A DNA stretch of 64,000 nt from Eledone cirrhosa. Taxonomy: Eukaryota. Within the stretch, counting starts at the first letter, position 1, and each line of letters starts with the position of its first letter. Made by a program: the position numbers and the translations under genes. Positions 45,275 through 58,741 of the stretch are shown in pieces. The stretch covers positions 8,742,001-8,806,000 of the forward strand of contig OZ024751.1 in assembly GCA_964016885.1 (NCBI GenBank), read 5' to 3'. The notes under the pieces are model-generated. The model searched no databases. It saw only the letters and a list, made by a program, of their open reading frames with translations, and was not told where the DNA came from.

Positions 45275-47550
45275 ATAAATGCTCTGAAATAGCGATATAT
45301 ATGTGAATATAGACATAGAATATTCGAAAATATTCTGTATGTTTATAATAAACATTTTGAAGACCTAATCGCTATAGAATAGAATACGTCACGTATTACA
45401 ATTAGATTCTCGATAAAAGCAAGGGAAGTAATCTACGCGTTTCATTCTCGTTAGAAATCATCAGGACTACATATCCAGTGCTTTTATCGAGAATGACACA
45501 GCTAGAGACTTATAGAATACTTAGCTGTGTACAGGAACTGGTTTGAAAGAGCGGTTGCCGGTCCGGCAGAAATTAGAAATTGGAATAAATGCTCTGAAAT
45601 AGCGATATATATGTGAATATAGACATAGAATATTCGAAAATATTCTGTATGTTTATAATAAACATTTTGAAGACCTAATCGCTATAGAATAGAATACGTC
45701 ACGTATTACAATTAGATTCTCGATAAAAGCAAGGGAAGTAATCTACGCGTTTCATTCTCGTTAGAAATCATCAGGACTACATATCCAGTGCTTTTATCGA
45801 GAATGACACAGCTAGAGACTTATAGAATACTTAGCTGTGTACAGGAACTGGTTTGAAAGAGCGGTTGCCGGTCCGGCAGAAATTAGGAATTGGAATAAAT
45901 GCTCTGAAATAGCGATATATATGTGAATATAGACATAGAATATTCGAAAATATTCTGTATGTTTATAATAAACATTTTGAAGACCTAATCGCTATAGAAT
46001 AGAATACGTCACGTATTACAATTAGATTCTCGATAAAAGCAAGGGAAGTAATCTACGCGTTTCATTCTCGTTAGAAATCATCAGGACTACATATCCAGTG
46101 CTTTTATCGAGAATGACACAGCTAGAGACTTATAGAATACTTAGCTGTGTACAGGAACTGGTTTGAAAGAGCGGTTGCCGGTCCGGCAGAAATTAGAAAT
46201 TGGAATAAATGCTCTGAAATAGCGATATATATGTGAATATAGACATAGAATATTCGAAAATATTCTGTATGTTTATAATAAACATTTTGAAGACCTAATC
46301 GCTATAGAATAGAATACGTCACGTATTACAATTAGATTCTCGATAAAAGCAAGGGAAGTAATCTACGCGTTTCATTCTCGTTAGAAATCATCAGGACTAC
46401 ATATCCAGTGCTTTTATCGAGAATGACACAGCTAGAGACTTATAGAATACTTAGCTGTGTACAGGAACTGGTTTGAAAGAGCGGTTGCCGGTCCGGCAGA
46501 AATTAGAAATTGGAATAAATGCTCTGAAATAGCGATATATATGTGAATATAGACATAGAATATTCGAAAATATTCTGTATGTTTATAATAAACATTTTGA
46601 AGACCTAATCGCTATAGAAAAGAATACGTCACGTATTACAATTAGATTCTCGATAAAAGCAAGGGAAGTAATCTACGCGTTTCATTCTCGTTAGAAATCA
46701 TCAGGACTACATATCCAGTGCTTTTATCGAGAATGACACAGCTAGAGACTTATAGAATACTTAGCTGTGTACAGGAACTGGTTTGAAAGAGCGGTTGCCG
46801 GTCCGGCAGAAATTAGAAATTGGAATAAATGCTCTGAAATAGCGATATATATGTGAATATAGACATAGAATATTCGAAAATATTCTGTATGTTTATAATA
46901 AACATTTTGAAGACCTAATCGCTATAGAATAGAATACGTCACGTATTACAATTAGATTCTCGATAAAAGCAAGGGAAGTAATCTACGCGTTTCATTCTCG
47001 TTAGAAATCATCAGGACTACATATCCAGTGCTTTTATCGAGAATGACACAGCTAGAGACTTATAGAATACTTAGCTGTGTACAGGAACTGGTTTGAAAGA
47101 GCGGTTGCCGGTCCGGCAGAAATTAGAAATTGGAATAAATGCTCTGAAATAGCGATATATATGTGAATATAGACATAGAATATTCGAAAATATTCTGTAT
47201 GTTTATAATAAACATTTTGAAGACCTAATCGCTATAGAATAGAATACGTCACGTATTACAATTAGATTCTCGATAAAAGCAAGGGAAGTAATCTACGCGT
47301 TTCATTCTCGTTAGAAATCATCAGGACTACATATCCAGTGCTTTTATCGAGAATGACACAGCTAGAGACTTATAGAATACTTAGCTGTGTACAGGAACTG
47401 GTTTGAAAGAGCGGTTGCCGGTCCGGCAGAAATTAGAAATTGGAATAAATGCTCTGAAATAGCGATATATATGTGAATATAGACATAGAATATTCGAAAA
47501 TATTCTGTATGTTTATAATAAACATTTTGAAGACCTAATCGCTATAGAAT
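45271..47550 (-). repeat. 310-bp tandem array, left arm (7.35 units, 7 complete HHRs); retrozyme-like
   Basis: tggaataaat recurs at 45271, 45581, 45891 ... 47441. Confidence 0.97.
45406..45494 (-). ncRNA. Type I hammerhead ribozyme (first of 7 in the left arm, every 310 bp)
   Basis: Reverse complement of 47828-47916. Confidence 0.92.
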
Positions 47551-50500
47551 ATGATTTCTAACGAGAATGAAACGCGTAGATTACTTCCCTTGCTTTTATC
47601 GAGAATCTAATTGTAATACGTGACGTATTCTATTCTATAGCGATTAGGTCTTCAAAATGTTTATTATAAACATACAGAATATTTTCGAATATTCTATGTC
47701 TATATTCACATATATATCGCTATTTCAGAGCATTTATTCCAATTTCTAATTTCTGCCGGACCGGCAACCGCTCTTTCAAACCAGTTCCTGTACACAGCTA
47801 AGTATTCTATAAGTCTCTAGCTGTGTCATTCTCGATAAAAGCACTGGATATGTAGTCCTGATGATTTCTAACGAGAATGAAACGCGTAGATTACTTCCCT
47901 TGCTTTTATCGAGAATCTAATTGTAATACGTGACGTATTCTATTCTATAGCGATTAGGTCTTCAAAATGTTTATTATAAACATACAGAATATTTTCGAAT
48001 ATTCTATGTCTATATTCACATATATATCGCTATTTCAGAGCATTTATTCCAATTTCTAATTTCTGCCGGACCGGCAACCGCTCTTTCAAACCAGTTCCTG
48101 TACACAGCTAAGTATTCTATAAGTCTCTAGCTGTGTCATTCTCGATAAAAGCACTGGATATGTAGTCCTGATGATTTCTAACGAGAATGAAACGCGTAGA
48201 TTACTTCCCTTGCTTTTATCGAGAATCTAATTGTAATACGTGACGTATTCTATTCTATAGCGATTAGGTCTTCAAAATGTTTATTATAAACATACAGAAT
48301 ATTTTCGAATATTCTATGTCTATATTCACATATATATCGCTACTTCTGAGCATTTATTCCAATTTCTAATTTCTGCCGGACCGGCAACCGCTCTTTCAAA
48401 CCAGTTCCTGTACACAGCTAAGTATTCTATAAGTCTCTAGCTGTGTCATTCTCGATAAAAGCACTGGATATGTAGTCCTGATGATTTCTAACGAGAATGA
48501 AACGCGTAGATTACTTCCCTTGCTTTTATCGAGAATCTAATTGTAATACGTGACGTATTCTATTCTATAGCGATTAGGTCTTCAAAATGTTTATTATAAA
48601 CATACAGAATATTTTCGAATATTCTATGTCTATATTCACATATATATCGCTATTTCAGAGCATTTATTCCAATTTCTAATTTCTGCCGGACCGGCAACCG
48701 CTCTTTCAAACCAGTTCCTGTACACAGCTAAGTATTCTATAAGTCTCTAGCTGTGTCATTCTCGATAAAAGCACTGGATATGTAGTCCTGATGATTTCTA
48801 ACGAGAATGAAACGCGTAGATTACTTCCCTTGCTTTTATCGAGAATCTAATTGTAATACGTGACGTATTCTATTCTATAGCGATTAGGTCTTCAAAATGT
48901 TTATTATAAACATACAGAATATTTTCGAATATTCTATGTCTATATTCACATATATATCGCTATTTCAGAGCATTTATTCCAATTTCTAATTTCTGCCGGA
49001 CCGGCAACCGCTCTTTCAAACCAGTTCCTGTACACAGCTAAGTATTCTATAAGTCTCTAGCTGTGTCATTCTCGATAAAAGCACTGGATATGTAGTCCTG
49101 ATGATTTCTAACGAGAATGAAACGCGTAGATTACTTCCCTTGCTTTTATCGAGAATCTAATTGTAATACGTGACGTATTCTATTCTATAGCGATTAGGTC
49201 TTCAAAATGTTTATTATAAACATACAGAATATTTTCGAATATTCTATGTCTATATTCACATATATATCGCTATTTCAGAGCATTTATTCCAATTTCTAAT
49301 TTCTGCCGGACCGGCAACCGCTCTTTCAAACCAGTTCCTGTACACAGCTAAGTATTCTATAAGTCTCTAGCTGTGTCATTCTCGATAAAAGCACTGGATA
49401 TGTAGTCCTGATGATTTCTAACGAGAATGAAACGCGTAGATTACTTCCCTTGCTTTTATCGAGAATCTAATTGTAATACGTGACGTATTCTATTCTATAG
49501 CGATTAGGTCTTCAAAATGTTTATTATAAACATACAGAATATTTTCGAATATTCTATGTCTATATTCACATATATATCGCTATTTCAGAGCATTTATTCC
49601 AATTTCTAATTTCTGCCGGACCGGCAACCGCTCTTTCAAACCAGTTCCTGTACACAGCTAAGTATTCTATAAGTCTCTAGCTGTGTCATTCTCGATAAAA
49701 GCACTGGATATGTAGTCCTGATGATTTCTAACGAGAATGAAACGCGTAGATTACTTCCCTTGCTTTTATCGAGAATCTAATTGTAATACGTGACGTATTC
49801 TATTCTATAGCGATTAGGTCTTCAAAATGTTTATTATAAACATACAGAATATTTTCGAATATTCTATGTCTATATTCACATATATATCGCTATTTCAGAG
49901 CATTTATTCCAATTTCTAATTTCTGCCGGACCGGCAACCGCTCTTTCAAACCAGTTCCTGTACACAGCTAAGTATTCTATAAGTCTCTAGCTGTGTCATT
50001 CTCGATAAAAGCACTGGATATGTAGTCCTGATGATTTCTAACGAGAATGAAACGCGTAGATTACTTCCCTTGCTTTTATCGAGAATCTAATTGTAATACG
50101 TGACGTATTCTATTCTATAGCGATTAGGTCTTCAAAATGTTTATTATAAACATACAGAATATTTTCGAATATTCTATGTCTATATTCACATATATATCGC
50201 TATTTCAGAGCATTTATTCCAATTTCTAATTTCTGCCGGACCGGCAACCGCTCTTTCAAACCAGTTCCTGTACACAGCTAAGTATTCTATAAGTCTCTAG
50301 CTGTGTCATTCTCGATAAAAGCACTGGATATGTAGTCCTGATGATTTCTAACGAGAATGAAACGCGTAGATTACTTCCCTTGCTTTTATCGAGAATCTAA
50401 TTGTAATACGTGACGTATTCTATTCTATAGCGATTAGGTCTTCAAAATGTTTATTATAAACATACAGAATATTTTCGAATATTCTATGTCTATATTCACA

Positions 50501-52352
50501 TATATATCGCTATTTCAGAGCATTTATTCCAATTTCTAATTTCTGCCGGACCGGCAACCGCTCTTTCAAACCAGTTCCTGTACACAGCTAAGTATTCTAT
50601 AAGTCTCTAGCTGTGTCATTCTCGATAAAAGCACTGGATATGTAGTCCTGATGATTTCTAACGAGAATGAAACGCGTAGATTACTTCCCTTGCTTTTATC
50701 GAGAATCTAATTGTAATACGTGACGTATTCTATTCTATAGCGATTAGGTCTTCAAAATGTTTATTATAAACATACAGAATATTTTCGAATATTCTATGTC
50801 TATATTCACATATATATCGCTATTTCAGAGCATTTATTCCAATTTCTAATTTCTGCCGGACCGGCAACCGCTCTTTCAAACCAGTTCCTGTACACAGCTA
50901 AGTATTCTATAAGTCTCTAGCTGTGTCATTCTCGATAAAAGCACTGGATATGTAGTCCTGATGATTTCTAACGAGAATGAAACGCGTAGATTACTTCCCT
51001 TGCTTTTATCGAGAATCTAATTGTAATACGTGACGTATTCTATTCTATAGCGATTAGGTCTTCAAAATGTTTATTATAAACATACAGAATATTTTCGAAT
51101 ATTCTATGTCTATATTCACATATATATCGCTATTTCAGAGCATTTATTCCAATTTCTAATTTCTGCCGGACCGGCAACCGCTCTTTCAAACCAGTTCCTG
51201 TACACAGCTAAGTATTCTATAAGTCTCTAGCTGTGTCATTCTCGATAAAAGCACTGGATATGTAGTCCTGATGATTTCTAACGAGAATGAAACGCGTAGA
51301 TTACTTCCCTTGCTTTTATCGAGAATCTAATTGTAATACGTGACGTATTCTATTCTATAGCGATTAGGTCTTCAAAATGTTTATTATAAACATACAGAAT
51401 ATTTTCGAATATTCTATGTCTATATTCACATATATATCGCTATTTCAGAGCATTTATTCCAATTTCTAATTTCTGCCGGACCGGCAACCGCTCTTTCAAA
51501 CCAGTTCCTGTACACAGCTAAGTATTCTATAAGTCTCTAGCTGTGTCATTCTCGATAAAAGCACTGGATATGTAGTCCTGATGATTTCTAACGAGAATGA
51601 AACGCGTAGATTACTTCCCTTGCTTTTATCGAGAATCTAATTGTAATACGTGACGTATTCTATTCTATAGCGATTAGGTCTTCAAAATGTTTATTATAAA
51701 CATACAGAATATTTTCGAATATTCTATGTCTATATTCACATATATATCGCTATTTCAGAGCATTTATTCCAATTTCTAATTTCTGCCGGACCGGCAAGCG
51801 CTCTTTCAAACCAGTTCCTGTACACAGCTAAGTATTCTATAAGTCTCTAGCTGTGTCATTCTCGATAAAAGCACTGGATATGTAGTCCTGATGATTTCTA
51901 ACGAGAATGAAACGCGTAGATTACTTCCCTTGCTTTTATCGAGAATCTAATTGTAATACGTGACGTATTCTATTTTATAGCGATTAGGTCTTCAAAATGT
52001 TTATTATAAACATACAGAATATTTTCGAATATTCTATGTCTATATTCACATATATATCGCTATTTCAGAGCATTTATTCCAATTTCTAATTTCTGCCGGA
52101 CCGGCAACCGCTCTTTCAAACCAGTTCCTGTACACAGCTAAGTATTCTATAAGTCTCTAGCTGTGTCATTCTCGATAAAAGCACTGGATATGTAGTCCTG
52201 ATGATTTCTAACGAGAATGAAACGCGTAGATTACTTCCCTTGCTTTTATCGAGAATCTAATTGTAATACGTGACGTATTCTATTCTATAGCGATTAGGTC
52301 TTCAAAATGTTTATTATAAACATACAGAATATTTTCGAATATTCTATGTCTA

Positions 52353-52356
<4 letters not shown>
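47551..52356 (+). repeat. 310-bp tandem array, inverted right arm (15.5 units, 15 complete HHRs plus 1 truncated)
   Basis: atgatttcta recurs at 47551, 47861 ... 52201; ends in (TA)n. Confidence 0.97.
47828..47916 (+). ncRNA. Type I hammerhead ribozyme (first complete of 15 in the right arm); predicted cleavage after A47888 (GUA)
   Basis: attctcgataaaagca..gtagtc-CTGATGA-t-ttct-aacg-agaa-t-GAAA-cgcg-TA-gattac..tgcttttatcgagaat; perfect 16-bp distal stem I; palindromic acgcgt. Confidence 0.93.
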
Positions 52357-52415
<59 letters not shown>

Positions 52416-52539
52416 AGGATAAATATTGATGCAATTCAATTCAAGCACTCAACGTACTTTTCCACATAGGAGTGACGGAGTAAATATCGAATAAGGAAAA
52501 GCGAAGTAGTTTCAGATGTTCAAGTCCTTTAATGATAAT

Positions 52540-52613
52540 GCTGTGATATATATTTCAATGACGACACTGGCCACACTGTTCTGTGTGCGAGTGTCGTGTC
52601 ATCATCAGACAGC
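52540..52613 (-). ncRNA. Type I hammerhead ribozyme with long stem II
   Basis: Minus strand: gctgt-CTGATGA-tgacacgacact...agtgtcgtca-tt-GAAA-tatata-TC-acagc. Confidence 0.85.
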
Positions 52614-53815
52614 TTGTTACATAATAAGGTTGTTTCCGAGGCAATCCAAATTGAATCGACATGGGAACGGATGAAGTTCGTGCTTTTGGGTTTTTCATCC
52701 GTTCCCTTGTGAGTAACAATTCACCCCCACCGGTCTGCGCAAGCTCATGTCCGTAGGAAGTGGACCATTAGCCACCGCATATTTCAACGCAATTCGCTGT
52801 CAGTTCACCCTCTCAGCCAAAACGATAGCCCACCTATGCCCTACCAAAGTTAACTGCTACCCATCACTACTGTGGCAGTCAGCCGAAAGCCAGAGGGGAT
52901 GGGAGTGTGTTAGTTTTTATAGCGTTGACAGTAAGACTGACCATCAACTTATACCGGAAAATAAACTTAATTCTAGGTACTAGGGTTTTACATTGTAGGT
53001 TAAGAGTGAGAGTTGGAAATAAAAATTAAAAAGTAAAAATCCTAAATCAAATATCAGAGATTATAAATTAACCAATTAAAAATTAAAAAATTCTAAATTC
53101 AAAAATGTTTCAAGTGATAATTCGGATTGAGTGAAAATATAGATTGAAGTGAGTAAATAATATGGAGAGAGATGTTTAAGTAATAAGTTCTGAGAGGGAT
53201 TCTAGTGTCACAGTTACTCTATCCACATATTGAGCGACAGTGCCGTACATTATAACGGAGGGCAAACTACATGGTTCAAGGCATTAGTCAATCTGTTACA
53301 CGGTCATAATTTCCATCACATGGAACAAAATCTAAGAAAAACAGACATACAGTACACAAAAGAAAAGAACCGAACCGATAGTGAATAAATGCAAAAACAC
53401 AGAGTACATATATACAAAATGATGCATATGATTGTCCATCTGTCCATGTATAGATTGAATTGAGGGGGCTTCTGTTCAAATGTGATTTGGTGCAGAAAAA
53501 TATGGGTTTATCTTATTTTTTGTTTCCGCGTATTATTTAACCTGCCGAAAGTTACTATTACGCCCGTCCAGTGTCAGGTGTTTTCATCCCCATGGTAGAG
53601 GGAATTTCCGAGGTAGATCTTGGTTGGTTCCTCTCTTCTCCACCATATCGGTTACATCATAGAGCGCTCAACTAATCGGAGCTAAATTATTAGGGTAAAT
53701 ATTGATGCAATTCAATTCAAGCACTCAACGTACTTTTCCACATAGGAGTGACGGAGTAAATATCGAATAAAGAAAAGCGAAGTAGTTTCAGATGTTCAAG
53801 TCCTTTAATAATAAT

Positions 53816-53889
53816 GCTGTGATATATATTTCAATGACGACACTGGCCACACTGTTCTGTGGGCGAGTGTCGTGTCATCATCAGACAGC
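53816..53889 (-). ncRNA. Hammerhead ribozyme, second unit
   Basis: Same fold as 52540-52613; core intact. Confidence 0.85.
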
Positions 53890-55114
53890 TTGTTACATAA
53901 TAAGGTTGTTTCCGAGGCAATCCAAATTGAATCGACATAGGAACGGATGAAATTTGTGCTTTTGGGTTTTTCATCCGTTCCCTTGTGAGTAACAATTCAC
54001 CCCCACCGGTCTGCGCAAGCTCATGTCCGTAGGAAGTTGACCATTAGCCACCGCATATTTCAACGAAATTCGCTGTCAGTTCACCCTCTCAGCCAAAACG
54101 ATGGCCCACCTATGCCCTACCAAAGTTGACTGCTACCCATCACTACTGTGGCAGTCAGCCGAAAGCCAAAGGGGATGGGAGGGTGTTAGTTTTTATAGGT
54201 CATAATACTACTCTTCACTAAGCGTTGACAGTAAGACTGACCATCAACTCATGAGAGAAAATACACTTAATTCTAGGTACTATGGATTTACATTGTAAGT
54301 TAAAAGTGAGAGTTGGAAATAAAAATTAAAAATTAAAATTCTAAATCAAATATCAGAGATTATAAATTAAACAATTAAAAATCAAAAAATTCTAAATTCA
54401 AAAATGTTTCAAGTGATAATTCGGATTGAGTGAAAATATAGTTTGAAGTGAGTAAATAATATGGAGAGAGATGTTTAAGTAATAAGTTCTGAGAGGGATT
54501 CTAGTGTCACAGTTACTCTATCCACATATTGAACGACAGTGCCGTACATTATAACGGAGGTGAAACTACATGGTTCAAGGCATTAGTCAATCTGTTACAC
54601 GGTCATAATTTCCATCACATGGAACAAAATCTAAGAAAAACAGACATACAGTCCACAAAAGAAAAGAAAAGAACAGAACCAATAGTGAATAAATGCAAAA
54701 ACACAGAGTACATATATGCAAAATAATACATATGATTGTCCATCTGTCCATGTGTAGATTGAATTGAGGGGGCTTCTGTTCAAATGTGATTTGGCGCAGG
54801 AAAATAGGGGTTTATCTTATTTTTTGTTTCCGCGTATTTAACCTGCCGAAAGTTACTATTACGCCCGTCCAGTGTCAGGTGTTTCCATCCGCATGGTAGA
54901 GGGAATTTCCGGGGTAGCTCTTGGTTGGTTCCTCTCTTCTCCACCATATCGGTTACATCATAGAGCGCTCAACTAATCGGAGCTAAATTATTAGGGTAAA
55001 CATTGATGCAATTCAATTCAAGCACTCAACGTACTTTTCCACATAGGAGTGACGGAGTAAATATCGAATAAAAAAAAGCGAAGTAGTTTCAGATGTTCAA
55101 GTCCTTTAATAATA

Positions 55115-55302
55115 ATTGTTTCTACGTTTGGCACAAGGCCAGCAATTATCCAGTGCATTACTGGTACTTTATTTTATCGACCCCGTAAGGATGAAAGGCA
55201 AAGTTAACCTCGGCGGGATTTGAACTCAGATCGTAAAGGGACGTAACTATGCTGGAAAGCATGGCGTCCGACCTTCTACCGATACTGCCAAATCACCGCC
55301 AT
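55115..55302 (-). mobile_element. tRNA-derived SINE inserted in the third 1.3-kb unit with a TSD of about 16 bp
   Basis: aagtcctttaataata / aagttctttaataata flank it; absent from units 1 and 2. Confidence 0.9.
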
Positions 55303-55320
55303 AAGTTCTTTAATAATACT

Positions 55321-55394
55321 GCTGTGATATATATTTCAATGACGACACTGGCCACACTGTTCTGTGTGCGAGTGTCGTGTCATCATTAGACAGC
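55321..55394 (-). ncRNA. Hammerhead ribozyme, third unit, G5A substitution (probably inactive)
   Basis: Core reads CTAATGA on the minus strand. Confidence 0.7.
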
Positions 55395-56649
55395 TTGTTA
55401 CATAATAAGGTTGTTTCCGAGGCAATCCAAATTGAATCGACATGGGAACGGATGAAGTTCGTGCTTTTGGGTTTTTCATCCGTTCCCTTGTGATTCCCAA
55501 TTCACCCCCACCGGTCTGCGCAAGCGCATGTCAGAACGAAGTTGACCATTAGCAACTGCATATTTCAACGAAATTCGCTGTCAGTTCACCCTCTCAGTCA
55601 AAACAATGGCCCAGCTATGCACTACCAAAGTTTATTGCTACCCATCACTAATGTGGCAGTCAGCCGAAAGCCAGAGGGGATGGGAGGGTGTTAGTTTTTA
55701 TAGGTCATAGTACTACCCTTCACTAAGCGTTGACAGTAAGACTGACCACCAACTGATAAGGGAAAATAAACTTAATTCTAGGTACTATGGTTTTACGTTG
55801 TAGGGTAAGAGTGAGTGTTGGAAATAAAAATTAAAAATTAAAATCCTAAATCAATTATCAGAGATTATAAATTAATCAATTAAAAATTAAAAAATTCTAA
55901 ATTCAAAAATTTTTCAAGTGATAATTCGGATTGAGTGAAAATATAGATTGAAGTGAGTAAATAATATGGAGAGAGATGTTTAAGTAATAAGTTCTGAGAG
56001 GGATTCTAGTGTCACAGTTACTCTATCCACATTTTGAACGACAGTGCCGTACATTATAAGGGAGGGCAAACTACATGGTTCAAGGCATTAGTAATCTGTT
56101 ACACGGTCATAATTTCAATCACATGGAACAAAATCAAAGTAAAACAGACATATAGTACACAAAAGAAAAGAAAAGAACAGAACCAATAGTGAATAAATGT
56201 GGAAAAGTACGTTGAGTGCTTGAATTGAATTGCATCAATGTTTACCCTAATAATTTAGCTCCGATTAGTTGAGCGCTCTATGATGTAACCGATATGGTGG
56301 AGAAGAGAGGAACCAACCAAGAGCTACCCCGGAAATTCCCTCTACCATGGGGATGAAAACCCCTGACACTGGACGGGCGTAATAGTAACTTTCGGCAGGA
56401 TAAATACGCGGAAACAAAAAATAAGATAAACCCATATTTTCCTGCACCAAATCACATTTGAACAGAAACCCCCTCAATTCAATCTATACATGGACAGATG
56501 GACAATCATATGTATCATTTTGCATATATGTACTCCGTGTTTTTGCATTTATTCACTATTGGTTCTGTTCTTTTCTTTTCTTTTGTGTACTGTATGTCTG
56601 TTTTTCTTTGATTTTGTTCCATGTGATGAAATTATGACCGTGTAACAGA

Positions 56650-57280
56650 GACCCTGACACCATGTTGACACTATGGAGGACATTTGTCCTAAGCCGCCTG
56701 GACTATTGCTCCCAGTTGTGGTCACCCCATAGTGTAAAACTAACCTACGGAGCTCTAGGCAATCCAGCGAAGCTACACAAAGAGGATTGCCACGATGAAG
56801 GAGATAAGCTACTGGGAGAGGCTAAAAGAACTGAACCTCTACTCCTTGGAACGAAGACGTGAGAGATACGCAGTGATCTACATGAGGAAAATCCTGGAGG
56901 GACTAGCACCAAACTTTGGCATTGGGAGCTGGACCGACCATCGAACAGGATGTCACTGTGTGGTCCCAAAGGTCCAGTCTTCCCCATCTAGAAATAGTCT
57001 GGGATTCAAGGGCCCTCAACACTTCAACAAGCTGACGAGGGATCTGAGAGATCTGCATGGTGTGGAGGTGGATGTCTTCAAGAAACATCTCGACACCTTG
57101 CTATCCAGGATCCCGGATGAGCCCATAGCAAGGCATGAGGGAAACCTAAGGGCAGGAGCAACAAACTCCCTCTTACACCAGTGGCCAACCAATACAGGCT
57201 GAAGATAAAATGTGTAGCAACAAGGGCAGTTCCCCAGCATGGCCTCAGTCCGATGGCTGGAACAGGTAAAAGAGTAAAAG
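56650..57280 (+). pseudogene. CR1/L2-group LINE 3' fragment
   Basis: TFVLSRLDYCSQLWSP, YWERLKELNLYSLERRRERY, FNKL..FKKHLD..L..IPDEP. Confidence 0.85.
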
Positions 57281-57301
57281 AGTATATATATATAAACAGA
57301 C

Positions 57302-57386
<85 letters not shown>

Positions 57387-57531
57387 TACATATATATACA
57401 CATACATATATATATATTATATATATATATACATACAGATACATACATACATATATATATACATACATATATACATATATGTATATACATATATATATAC
57501 ATATGTATATACATATATATATATATATATA

Positions 57532-57920
57532 TCATGAAATATGTCTATAGAATAACAAGATACAATATATACTATTTCCTCTCCCAATTAGCATAATTAA
57601 TTCTATTCCTCCTAGTTTATTTTAAACCTAATTCTGTTTAGTTGACTATATCTAGGCGATTACGCTGTCGAAATATTCGATAAATATTCCGCTACGGCCG
57701 ACGCGAAGCGCTAGTTTCGGTATTTGTCGGAGAGTCCTTCATAGAATCCTCATTCGTATAGCCTGGTCTATTTGATTTTTTTATATAGTTAATTATGCTA
57801 ATTGGGAGAGGAAATAGTATATATTTTATCTTGTGATTATATAGACATGTTTTATGATATATAGCTCTGATTGTTTAATTTATTAATTTTTCATTGAGCC
57901 ACAAAATGACCAGTTGCAAA
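57532..57920. repeat. Short inverted-arm element in (TA)n
   Basis: 57532-57600 is reverse complementary to 57790-57860; family shared with 43290-43575. Confidence 0.7.
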
Positions 57921-57955
57921 ACACGTATATGTATGTGTATGTATATATATGTAAA

Positions 57956-58022
<67 letters not shown>

Positions 58023-58131
58023 ATATATATATATACATACATATATATATATACATATATATATATATGAATACTTATATATATACATATATATATATAT
58101 ATGTATGTATATAAATATATATATATGTACG

Positions 58132-58163
<32 letters not shown>

Positions 58164-58173
58164 CATATATATG

Positions 58174-58205
<32 letters not shown>

Positions 58206-58232
58206 TATATGTATGTATATATATGTCTGTAT

Positions 58233-58269
<37 letters not shown>

Positions 58270-58315
58270 AATGAAAGGTATAGAAAATATTGTAGCAAAA
58301 AGCCAACAGTATTAC

Positions 58316-58364
<49 letters not shown>

Positions 58365-58392
58365 ATACAGACATATATATATATATACATAC

Positions 58393-58433
<41 letters not shown>

Positions 58434-58443
58434 CATATATATG

Positions 58444-58564
<121 letters not shown>

Positions 58565-58607
58565 GAAAGGTATAGAAAATATTGTAGCAAAAAGCCAACA
58601 GTATTAC

Positions 58608-58680
<73 letters not shown>

Positions 58681-58710
58681 AAATATATGTGTATGTATAA
58701 AAAATATGTT

Positions 58711-58741
<31 letters not shown>

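Larger units (their letters stand above)
52411..56649. mobile_element. About 1.3-kb HHR-bearing tandem unit (about 2.8 copies, minus strand) plus inverted arm 56197-56649
   Basis: attgatgcaattc at 52425, 53701 and 55002; 56197-56649 is the reverse complement of unit sequence. Confidence 0.9.

Noticed and set aside
45271-52356. CRISPR array or plain centromeric satellite
   Set aside because: No unique spacers and no cas genes; eukaryotic context; every unit carries a full ribozyme fold
45271-52356. Fold-back sequencing or assembly artefact
   Set aside because: Arms differ in length and phase, the flanks are not mirrored, and older diverged elements share the layout. Exact copy number still needs long-read confirmation.
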